DNA from: Anaerolineaceae bacterium
GTDB taxonomy: Bacteria > Chloroflexota > Anaerolineae > Anaerolineales > Anaerolineaceae
Direction: 5' to 3'
Length of the DNA stretch: 26,698 bases
Assembly: GCA_041494435.1 (NCBI GenBank)
Contig: JBGQAS010000001.1
Span: forward strand, 1 to 26,698
Shown here: positions 1 through 7,302 of the stretch, piece by piece
How positions within the stretch are numbered: position 1 is the stretch's first letter
Layout: each line of letters starts with the position of its first letter
Translations under genes and position numbers: made by a program
Notes under the pieces: model-generated
Databases searched by the model: none
The model's input: the letters and a program-made list of their open reading frames with translations, nothing else
What the model was told of the DNA's origin: nothing

Positions 1-447
1 AACCACGTAGCTGAAGGGGTGAAAATGGCGAAGAAATATCATTTACCTTCGCGGATTGTATCCATGATTCAGGAACATCACGGGACTTTGATCACACGAT
101 TTCAATATGGTCGTGCCCTCGAACAAACCAAGAAAATTGACCCCTCCAAATTCAGATACCCAGGACCCACACCGAGCTCTCGTGAAGCGGGTATTCTCAT
201 GCTTGCGGATAACGTCGAAGCGAAAGCCCGCGCAGAAGTCCCTAAAAATGAGTCTGAATTGAAGGATCTGGTAAGTAAAGCAATCGAGTATTGCGAAAAA
301 GAAGGTCAGTTGGACAATAGCAATTTGACCCTCAATAACTTGATTAGGATTTCAGAATCGTTTGTATCCACCTTGAAGAATTCGTATCATCCCAGGTTGC
401 AATATCCAGATCTAGAAGCTAAAGAATTACTGCCCAACAATGGCTAA
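1..447 (+). CDS. 7TM-HD family phosphohydrolase (PgpH/YqfF-like, putative c-di-AMP phosphodiesterase), C-terminal part; 5' truncated by window
   Basis: Frame open from base 1 (NHVAEGVKMAKKYHLP). HD-domain motifs IQEHHGT, FRYPGPTP, ILMLADNVEA and FHPRxxYP-like YHPRLQYP. Lies directly upstream of ybeY, the usual neighbour of this family. Confidence 0.85.
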   Translation, partial: NHVAEGVKMAKKYHLPSRIVSMIQEHHGTLITRFQYGRALEQTKKIDPSKFRYPGPTPSSREAGILMLADNVEAKARAEVPKNESELKDLVSKAIEYCEKEGQLDNSNLTLNNLIRISESFVSTLKNSYHPRLQYPDLEAKELLPNNG

Positions 448-913
448 GTCACTTTTTACTGAGCCCAACTTACAAATCCGTATCCCTCTAAAGTATCGCT
501 TCCATGTATCTCAATCTGAAGTATTCAATACGTTGACCGTATGCAGGAAAATCCTCGGTCAGAAAGATATTTACGATCTCTCTGTCGTCTATACGAATAA
601 TAAAAAAATTCAAGCACTTAATAAGAAGTATCGGAAAATCGATAAACCCACCGATGTGCTTTCCTTTCCCTTGGGAGCAGTTGATCCGGAATCAGGTCGA
701 AAAAATCTAGGGGATATATTTATTTCCGTTCCAAAGGCAAAAATCCAGGCGCAGGAGTTAAACCATCCTGTCAAGGCAGAATTAGCAATCCTATTAATCC
801 ATGGTTATTTGCATTTAAATGACTTCGATCATGATACCGATCCAAAAAAGAAAAAGATGTGGTCCATCCAGAATCAAATCTTTTCTGCAGTAATGGCATC
901 AAAAAATATATGA
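440..913 (+). CDS. ybeY: rRNA maturation endoribonuclease YbeY
   Basis: LNKKYRKIDKPTDVLSFP, LGDIFIS, and the H-x3-H-x5-H metal site HGYLHLNDFDH. 8-nt overlap with the upstream CDS. Confidence 0.95.
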   Translation: MAKSLFTEPNLQIRIPLKYRFHVSQSEVFNTLTVCRKILGQKDIYDLSVVYTNNKKIQALNKKYRKIDKPTDVLSFPLGAVDPESGRKNLGDIFISVPKAKIQAQELNHPVKAELAILLIHGYLHLNDFDHDTDPKKKKMWSIQNQIFSAVMASKNI

Positions 914-920
914 GGGAAAA

Positions 921-1763
921 ATGACAGAAATGCTGTTTGGAACCGTTGGTTCACCAATTTCGACTCCCGTCAAACCGGGGGGCAGCATTGGGGCCATCAG
1001 CCAGATCGCTGCACTCGGTTTAAGCGCGTATGAACTTGCCTGGGTTCAGTCAGTTCGGATCAGTGAAAGTACCTGCGAAGCCATCAAAAATCACGCGGTA
1101 GCCAACCATGTGGCTTTGAGTGTTCATGCACCCTACTACATCAATCTGAATGCGGATGATGAAGAATGGCCCAAATCCCGAAAACGTCTGACAGATGCTG
1201 CATATTTCGGTTACCTGGCAGGAGCAACAGATATCGTTTTTCACCCGGGTAGCTATTTCAACCGTCCTCCTGCCGAAGTCTTGGAAAAAGTCATCCCGCG
1301 GCTTGAAGGAGTTGCTGAAGAGTTGGTCGGGAAGAATGTCAAAGTGACCTTGCGACCCGAAACGATGGGCAAATCCGCCACACTTGGTACGCTGGATGAC
1401 ATTTATGCCATGCATCAGAAGATCCAGAACGTGCTGCCTGCGGTTGATTTTGCACACCTACACGCCCGCCGAGGCGATGGATCTTTAAACACATACGCTG
1501 AATGGTCAGTCATCCTTGAGAATTATCTGAAGGTGCTGGGGCCTGAATACGCCAATAAATTCCACATTCATCTTTCAGGAATTGAATATACGCAAAAAGG
1601 CGAGAAAAATCACCTGCCAATATCGGAGTCGGATCTAAACGTAAAAGAACTATTCAAAGCTCTAAAAAGGTTCCATATCAGTGGCAGGATCATGTGTGAA
1701 AGCCCTATTCTCGAAGAGGATGCTCTCTTGTTGAAAAAAATCTGGCAGGAAATGCCAGATTAA
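921..1763 (+). CDS. nfo: Endonuclease IV family AP endonuclease (TIM barrel), archaeal-type
   Basis: Metal-ligand motifs HAPYYINLN, VFHPG, RPETMGK, DFAHLHAR, HIHLSGIEY, GEKNH and CESP. GAGG Shine-Dalgarno upstream. Confidence 0.85.
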   Translation: MTEMLFGTVGSPISTPVKPGGSIGAISQIAALGLSAYELAWVQSVRISESTCEAIKNHAVANHVALSVHAPYYINLNADDEEWPKSRKRLTDAAYFGYLAGATDIVFHPGSYFNRPPAEVLEKVIPRLEGVAEELVGKNVKVTLRPETMGKSATLGTLDDIYAMHQKIQNVLPAVDFAHLHARRGDGSLNTYAEWSVILENYLKVLGPEYANKFHIHLSGIEYTQKGEKNHLPISESDLNVKELFKALKRFHISGRIMCESPILEEDALLLKKIWQEMPD

Positions 1764-1792
1764 TTCTCAATTTATTTTTAAGAGATCAAATT

Positions 1793-2446
1793 TTATAAAT
1801 ATTCTCTGAGGTTATGCTCAACGGCATAAGCAGCCGCTTCTGCGCGGTTGCTGACTCCCAATTTGGATAAAATGCTGCTGACATAATTTCTAACGGTGCC
1901 TTCGCCTAGGAAGAGGAGCTTGGCAATTTCCCGGTTTGTCCTCCCTTCAGAGACCAACAAGAGGACATTCTTTTCCTGCTGGCTTAGGTTGGCAAACGCC
2001 GAAGCTTCCTCATCTTTGACGGCTTTGCGCACTTCCTGGAATACTCGTTGGGTGACTGCTGAATCGAGCATGGCTTCCCCTCGCCCGACCGATTCGATGG
2101 CTTTGACCAGGTCTTCCCCACCAATTTGCTTCAAAACATACCCCGATGCCCCTGCCCGTATAGCGGAGAATAGCATTTCATCTTCGGCATAAGAAGTCAG
2201 CATCACTACCTTTGTCTCAGGATAATTCTTGGTGATCTCTTCACAGGCTTCGATCCCCGACATCCCCGGCAACCGAATATCCATCAATACGACATCGGGT
2301 TTTTGTCGGCTGACCTGCTCCAGGGCTTCCCTCGCCGTGGCTGCCTCTCCGACAATATCAAATTGAGGATGCCTTTCGAGGAGGGATTTCAATCCTAAGC
2401 GTACTACTTCATGATCATCAACAATGATGATGCGATATTTCGCCAT
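1793..2446 (-). CDS. NarL/LuxR family response regulator (DevR/DosR-like)
   Basis: REC domain ([10 protein letters not shown], phospho-Asp in [15 protein letters not shown]) plus LuxR HTH ([27 protein letters not shown]). Start moved from 2470 to ATG 2446, which has an AGGAGA SD at 2456-2451. Confidence 0.93.
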   Translation of the reverse strand: MAKYRIIIVDDHEVVRLGLKSLLERHPQFDIVGEAATAREALEQVSRQKPDVVLMDIRLPGMSGIEACEEITKNYPETKVVMLTSYAEDEMLFSAIRAGASGYVLKQIGGEDLVKAIESVGRGEAMLDSAVTQRVFQEVRKAVKDEEASAFANLSQQEKNVLLLVSEGRTNREIAKLLFLGEGTVRNYVSSILSKLGVSNRAEAAAYAVEHNLREYL

Positions 2447-2470
2447 ATTTTCTCCTAATTTGCTAAACAT

Positions 2471-2476
2471 ATTATA
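2471..2476 (-). promoter_or_regulatory. Sigma70-type -10 hexamer (TATAAT) for the LuxR-family regulator
   Basis: Perfect TATAAT on the minus strand, 24 nt upstream of ATG 2446 and upstream of its SD. No convincing -35. Confidence 0.55.
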
Positions 2477-2507
2477 TACGGAATATGGGATAGCAAAAAT
2501 TAGCGTG

Positions 2508-2516
2508 TGGTAAACT
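2508..2516 (+). promoter_or_regulatory. Extended -10 promoter (TGn-TAAACT) for the receiver/DUF192/M23 unit
   Basis: TGGTAAACT, 11 nt before ATG 2528. Confidence 0.5.
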
Positions 2517-2527
2517 TAAAGTCAGAA

Positions 2528-2923
2528 ATGATGGACTCCCACAAAGCAATTGTATACGTGGAAGATGACCGGGATTTGATCAATCTCGTGTCTTTGATCC
2601 TGAAACGTCGGGGGATCGAAGTAATTGGTGTATCCAACCCCCATTCAGCAATGGACACCATACTGGAAGTTAAGCCACGAGTAATATTGCTGGATTTGAT
2701 GATGCCTGAAGTGGATGGCTGGGAAATCTACCATAATCTAAAGAACCAGCCTGAAACCAGTGGAATCCCGGTAATCATAATATCCGCCAAGGCACAACCC
2801 ATCGATCAAGTATTAGGTTTGCATGTTGCCAAAGTCGATGGCTACATTTGTAAACCTTTTCAGCCTGAACAATTAATTGCCACTGTTGAACAGTGGTTAA
2901 TCCCTGATTCACAACAACAATGA
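2528..2923 (+). CDS. Single-domain response regulator (CheY-like receiver)
   Basis: VYVEDD, LLDLMMP (phospho-Asp), IISA, YICKPF. Start taken as ATG 2528 (2531 also possible) because GTG 2507 overlaps the predicted -10. Confidence 0.9.
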   Translation: MMDSHKAIVYVEDDRDLINLVSLILKRRGIEVIGVSNPHSAMDTILEVKPRVILLDLMMPEVDGWEIYHNLKNQPETSGIPVIIISAKAQPIDQVLGLHVAKVDGYICKPFQPEQLIATVEQWLIPDSQQQ

Positions 2924-3288
2924 CCCTATCCAAAATCGAGAACATCACCGCCCCATTTTCAAGGCCCTTGCATGGAAAGATATGCACGGGTTTCTTCGAC
3001 CGATTCAAAGGTTTAATGTTCAATAGAGATTTAGCTGAAAATGAATGCATTATTTTGGATGAAGGAACCGAAAGCAAGTTGAATACATCCATTCACATGT
3101 TCTTCATGTTATATGACATAGCGGTCGTTTGGATTGATGAGAACTTGAAGGTTGTCGATGCAAAATTAGCCAGAAAATGGAAACCTTATTATGCTCCTTC
3201 CGATCCAGCCCGATATGTTTTGGAAGCCAGGACAGGATGGTTTAAGGCATTTCACAAAGGCGATCAACTCCAAATTACGAATGAATAA
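2920..3288 (+). CDS. DUF192 family protein
   Basis: RFKGLMF, IHMFFM-x-YDIAVVWID and ARYVLE are typical of DUF192. ATGA overlap with the upstream gene. Confidence 0.85.
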   Translation: MTLSKIENITAPFSRPLHGKICTGFFDRFKGLMFNRDLAENECIILDEGTESKLNTSIHMFFMLYDIAVVWIDENLKVVDAKLARKWKPYYAPSDPARYVLEARTGWFKAFHKGDQLQITNE

Positions 3289-4678
3289 AAAACTAATCCT
3301 CTCCATTTTGTTGACCATTGTTTTGTTAGCCAGCTTGGCTCCTACTAACTTGGCGCAGGCACAAGCTACTGGTCCCACATACATTGTCCAGCCTGGCGAT
3401 ACCTTGAACTCTATCGCAGGGCGTTTTGGAGTTTCCCTTGATGATTTAATCAATGCCAATAATATTGCGGACCCGAATAATATCTCAACAGGTCAACCCC
3501 TGATCATTCCCGGTCTAGTTGGAGTCACAGGTACGCTCACGACGCGAGTGATTCCATTAGGGGAAAATTTGCAAACCCTGACTCGAGAATATAAGATCAA
3601 ACCTTCAACCTTTATTCGATTGAACCGGATCACTTCTCCATCTGAGCTTTATGCGGGTGCCAGCCTGATCATCCCGGTAGAAAACGATACTTCCCCAGCA
3701 GTCCAATTCAGCAATTTAGCAAAATCCCAAACCCTGTTGGAATTCGCTGCATCAATGAATGCCAACCCCTGGGAACTCTTACTCAGCAATCAAATAAGTT
3801 CATCTTCAGAAGTTTCCGAAACCGATCACATCCTGCTGCCTGGTAATGCAAGTGAAAACGGTTCCAGCCTAGTTTCTCCTTATATCAAATCGATTACAGT
3901 TTCTCCTTTGCCTTTGATCCGGGGTGCAACTATTGAAATAAAGCTCACCACCTCTTTTCCCATGCTACTTTCCGGCTCATTGAATGGCATTGACTTGAAC
4001 TTCTTTTTACAACCCGATGGGAGCTATATTTCATTGCAAGGGATCCATGCCATGACTCCAATAGGCTTGTCACAATTTGAGCTCTCCGGTGATGACCAGA
4101 ATGGGCATCAATTCTCCTTCAACCAAATGCTCTTGCTTGGGTCTGGTAATTTTAGTAAAGAATCCTTAGAAGTAGACCCGGCGACCATTGATCCCGCCAA
4201 TACAAAACCTGAAGATGACTTGATTAATTCCATCGTGACAAAGATCACGAATGTTCAGCTATGGCAAGGTCAATGGCAATACCCAACTGCTGAACCCAAT
4301 TGCATTAAATCATATTATGGAACGCGTAGATCTTATAACGGGGGTGATTACACTTTTTTTCACACCGGTTTAGATTTTGGTGTCTGTGTAGTCCAATCAT
4401 TAAATATTTATGCAGCTGCCCCAGGTAAGGTTGTTTATACTGGTCCATTATTAATCCGGGGGAATGCAACCATTATCGATCATGGGATGGGCGTGTTCAG
4501 CGCATATTATCATCAAAAAGAAATTAAAGTGAAACTCGGCGATACGGTTACTCAAGGTGAATTGATAGGAATTATTGGCGAAACGGGAAGGGTCACCGGG
4601 CCTCATTTGCATTTTGAGGTTTGGGTAAACGGGATCCAGGTTCAGCCATTGGATTGGCTTGAAAATATCTACCCGTGA
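3281..4678 (+). CDS. Secreted LysM-domain M23 family metallopeptidase
   Basis: Signal peptide from ATG 3281 (MNKKLILSILL...AQA). Two clear LysM repeats plus one degenerate (YIVQPGDTLNSIAGRFGV...). M23 Zn motifs HTGLD and HLHFE are intact. Confidence 0.92.
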   Translation: MNKKLILSILLTIVLLASLAPTNLAQAQATGPTYIVQPGDTLNSIAGRFGVSLDDLINANNIADPNNISTGQPLIIPGLVGVTGTLTTRVIPLGENLQTLTREYKIKPSTFIRLNRITSPSELYAGASLIIPVENDTSPAVQFSNLAKSQTLLEFAASMNANPWELLLSNQISSSSEVSETDHILLPGNASENGSSLVSPYIKSITVSPLPLIRGATIEIKLTTSFPMLLSGSLNGIDLNFFLQPDGSYISLQGIHAMTPIGLSQFELSGDDQNGHQFSFNQMLLLGSGNFSKESLEVDPATIDPANTKPEDDLINSIVTKITNVQLWQGQWQYPTAEPNCIKSYYGTRRSYNGGDYTFFHTGLDFGVCVVQSLNIYAAAPGKVVYTGPLLIRGNATIIDHGMGVFSAYYHQKEIKVKLGDTVTQGELIGIIGETGRVTGPHLHFEVWVNGIQVQPLDWLENIYP

Positions 4679-4705
4679 AATTAACAATTATCTTTTTGGG
4701 TAAGG

Positions 4706-4711
4706 TATAAT
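4706..4711 (+). promoter_or_regulatory. -10 hexamer (TATAAT) upstream of the 526-aa protein
   Basis: Perfect TATAAT in the 63-nt intergenic gap, 30 nt before ATG 4742. TTAACA at 4681-4686 is a possible -35 but the 19-nt spacer is suboptimal. Confidence 0.55.
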
Positions 4712-4741
4712 AGCAACGCATTTTTTGACTACGACAAGACT

Positions 4742-6322
4742 ATGACCCCGAGCGAAATAACCCTTTCCCCTGACTATTGGCAAGAATTCACCATTGAAGA
4801 TAAAGACATTGAATTTGTATTCAATTACCTGCTCGAAAAAGAAACCCCCCTTACTACGACGGAACTCCTCACAGCCATTGTTCAACAACGCATTATCGAA
4901 GAAAAACAAAAGCTTATATCCAATCTTTCCAAGCCGTCGGATATTTACAAACCAAAAGAAAAATATGCCATTGGTCAAACCTTGATCTTCCAAAATTTAG
5001 GCAACAAGCAAGGGGAAGTAATTGCTTCAAGACCAGGTAACAACCCCGAATACACAAGTTTCGATGTCATCGAAGTTCGCTTCGAAGATGGGAACACCCG
5101 TTTTTTCGCTGGTTCTTTCCCCAACCACAAGCTCAATACACTTGTAGAAATCAAAGAAAATGACCCCAACCTGGACAACGCGCAAATCCTAAATCAATAC
5201 GGGGATGCACTTCGAGCCACCTTGGATCAAGCTCTCCGTGCCAAAAAGGACTTGGTTTTGATTGCCGGTCGCTGGTTCCCAAGGTCCTTGTTGGTGGATG
5301 TCAACCAGGGGCATTTGAATTTAGCGGAAGCCATTTTGGAAGAGGCTAAAGGCGGGCCCCTCCCCATTTCGAAAATTATTGACCAGGCTGACTTGCCAAA
5401 GGATGTTAATCCACAATTGCTCGAATTTTCACTGGATTTGGCTCTGCAGGAAGATCCACGCTTCGACGAAGTCGGTCCTACCGGGGAAACTTTATGGTTT
5501 TTGCAGAGGTTGGAACCCGAAGGGGTTCAAAAACGACCCACTATTCTTAATTTTCCACCCTTCGATTATGACACACAGAAAATTGCCAACCTGCTTACTC
5601 CCTTTGAAAGCAATTCTACCGATGAATACGAACCCGGGATGGATCCAGGAAATTCAGTAAATAATGTTCAGATTGGCTTGATTTATCCCCATTGGGAAGC
5701 GGGTACCCTTCCTTTGACCAGCCAGCTAAAACGGCTCTTCCCCATTGCTCACGAAGCTCCCCGCATCCGTTTCACCTTTGTGGATGCTGACAAGAATCTG
5801 ACTTTTAATGGCTGGGTGATCCAGCCCCAGAGGTACATTTTCGGCCTTAAAGAGTGGTACCAGGAACAGGGGTTGATTCCGGGAAGTATTGTCCACTTAA
5901 GTAAGGGAAAAGAACCCGGGGAAATATTAATTTCAATCGAAAAACAACGTCAAAACAGGGAATGGATCCGAACCACATTCATAGGATCCGATGGCGGTTT
6001 GGTATTTGTTATGTCCAAACAACCTGTCACGGCAGCTTTCGATGAAAGATTAGCCATCTTTATTTCCGATACGGATCATCTAAAACAAATCTGGGAAAAA
6101 GGTGCTTATCAAAAAATGCCTTTGGAACAGGTGGTCAACCTTATTATGCGCGAACTGGCGAAATTGAATCCCCAGGGGCAGATTCATGCCCAGGAATTGT
6201 ATGCTGCTGTGAACCTGGTCCGTCGTTGTCCACCGGGTCCCATCCTCAGTATTTTAAACTCCAGCGATTGGAGCACATACCTGGGGGATTTATATTTTCG
6301 ATTAATGGATAACACATTGTAG
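4742..6322 (+). CDS. Hypothetical protein with several predicted nucleic-acid-binding modules (wHTH, Tudor-like, B3-like)
   Basis: 526-aa soluble ORF filling the space between neighbours. Module calls are by pattern only (see findings). No catalytic motif recognised. Confidence 0.85.
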   Translation: MTPSEITLSPDYWQEFTIEDKDIEFVFNYLLEKETPLTTTELLTAIVQQRIIEEKQKLISNLSKPSDIYKPKEKYAIGQTLIFQNLGNKQGEVIASRPGNNPEYTSFDVIEVRFEDGNTRFFAGSFPNHKLNTLVEIKENDPNLDNAQILNQYGDALRATLDQALRAKKDLVLIAGRWFPRSLLVDVNQGHLNLAEAILEEAKGGPLPISKIIDQADLPKDVNPQLLEFSLDLALQEDPRFDEVGPTGETLWFLQRLEPEGVQKRPTILNFPPFDYDTQKIANLLTPFESNSTDEYEPGMDPGNSVNNVQIGLIYPHWEAGTLPLTSQLKRLFPIAHEAPRIRFTFVDADKNLTFNGWVIQPQRYIFGLKEWYQEQGLIPGSIVHLSKGKEPGEILISIEKQRQNREWIRTTFIGSDGGLVFVMSKQPVTAAFDERLAIFISDTDHLKQIWEKGAYQKMPLEQVVNLIMRELAKLNPQGQIHAQELYAAVNLVRRCPPGPILSILNSSDWSTYLGDLYFRLMDNTL

Positions 6323-6337
6323 TATGATTGTCCGCGT

Positions 6338-6772
6338 ATGACAGAGACGAAAACCTTCAGCCTGGTCAAACCCACCCTCGATACCCCCTTTCATATTGAT
6401 TTTTCCTGGTGGAAGATGCACGATAACGATTGGCGGGTGTACCTGCAAAGTTTTCTTTGCCCGGAGCATCAAGCCATGTACTCGGAATCTACGGGTGAAG
6501 CAACCGTGGATTGGGTGGATCCGGAAACCGCTGAAGTTTTTCCTGTCGATGGTTTACAGCAAGTGTTAATGACCCACTGTGCTTTGCAAACCGGTTTCCT
6601 GGAAGGGAAAACTCTGGTGGACTCCGTTTTTCGAACCTTTCTGTCCAACGGGAACTCTCCGCAGAATATGCAGGAATTGGGACATCACCTGAATCAACCA
6701 GCCAACAAGATCCTGATCACACTAAGTTCAGGGAAGGTTTACAAAGGGATTCGACCAATCCAAGTGGGATAA
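6338..6772 (+). CDS. Hypothetical protein, possible metal-binding N-domain plus C-terminal winged helix
   Basis: 144-aa ORF with CPEH (aa41-44), HC (aa80-81) and the helix-turn-helix-like C-terminus VFRTFLSNGNSPQNMQELGHHLNQPANKILITL. Confidence 0.8.
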   Translation: MTETKTFSLVKPTLDTPFHIDFSWWKMHDNDWRVYLQSFLCPEHQAMYSESTGEATVDWVDPETAEVFPVDGLQQVLMTHCALQTGFLEGKTLVDSVFRTFLSNGNSPQNMQELGHHLNQPANKILITLSSGKVYKGIRPIQVG

Positions 6773-6777
6773 TAAAT

Positions 6778-6854
6778 GCCTCTGTAGCTCAATTGGACAG
6801 AGCACCGGACTTCTAATCCGATGGTTGTGGGTTCAAGTCCCACCAGAGGCGCCA
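6778..6854 (+). tRNA. tRNA-Arg (anticodon TCT), CCA encoded
   Basis: Acceptor stem GCCTCTG/CAGAGGC. D arm GCTC-AATTGGACA-GAGC with the A20 Arg identity element. Anticodon loop CTTCTAA (TCT at 6812-6814). T arm GTGGG-TTCAAGT-CCCAC. Ends GCCA. Confidence 0.96.
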
Positions 6855-6881
6855 ACAAAAGCATATTGAAAGGTCAAGAAT

Positions 6882-7283
6882 ATGCCAAAACAAAACCCAA
6901 AATCAAACAACAGTGATAGCGCTTTTACCCCCATACCCAGTCATTTTCTATCCAATCCATCCGTCCAATCCATCCATCGGGGTCACTTTTGGAAACCACC
7001 GACAGACGTTTACGAAACGGAAAAAGATTTTATCGTCTCCGTAGAAATTGCCGGGATGACGGTCGAGGATTTTGCGATTCAATTCCACAAACAATTTCTG
7101 ATTATCCAGGGAAAACGCAATATCGAGTTCGAGAAATGTGCGCTTCACCAAATTGAGATTTATTCAGGGGAGTTCCAGGTAAGCATAGAAATCTCTGCTC
7201 CCATCAACCAGGAAATCTCGCATATTGAGTATCACAATGGTTTCTTGACTGTTTCTTTGCCAAAATTGAAAAACAGGAAATGA
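6882..7283 (+). CDS. Hsp20/alpha-crystallin family small heat-shock protein
   Basis: WKPPTDVYET...IVSVEIAGM, IIQGKR and YHNGFLTVSLPK match the alpha-crystallin domain. AAGGT SD. Directly upstream of lon. Confidence 0.9.
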   Translation: MPKQNPKSNNSDSAFTPIPSHFLSNPSVQSIHRGHFWKPPTDVYETEKDFIVSVEIAGMTVEDFAIQFHKQFLIIQGKRNIEFEKCALHQIEIYSGEFQVSIEISAPINQEISHIEYHNGFLTVSLPKLKNRK

Positions 7284-7302
7284 CAAAAAGGAATCCATAA
7301 AT

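Noticed and set aside
3191-3280. Upstream extension of the M23 ORF
   Set aside because: It overlaps DUF192, and the signal peptide begins at ATG 3281. The same logic applies to the ORF-track starts at 2470, 2507, 16553 and 26089.
6778-6881. tRNA-Arg as the attachment site of an integrated element
   Set aside because: No integrase and no duplicated tRNA 3' end was seen in the window; the site appears empty.
6855-7302. CIRCE (HrcA) or HAIR (HspR) operator before hsp20-lon
   Set aside because: Neither TTAGCACTC-N9-GAGTGCTAA nor CTTGAGT-N7-ACTCAAG is present.
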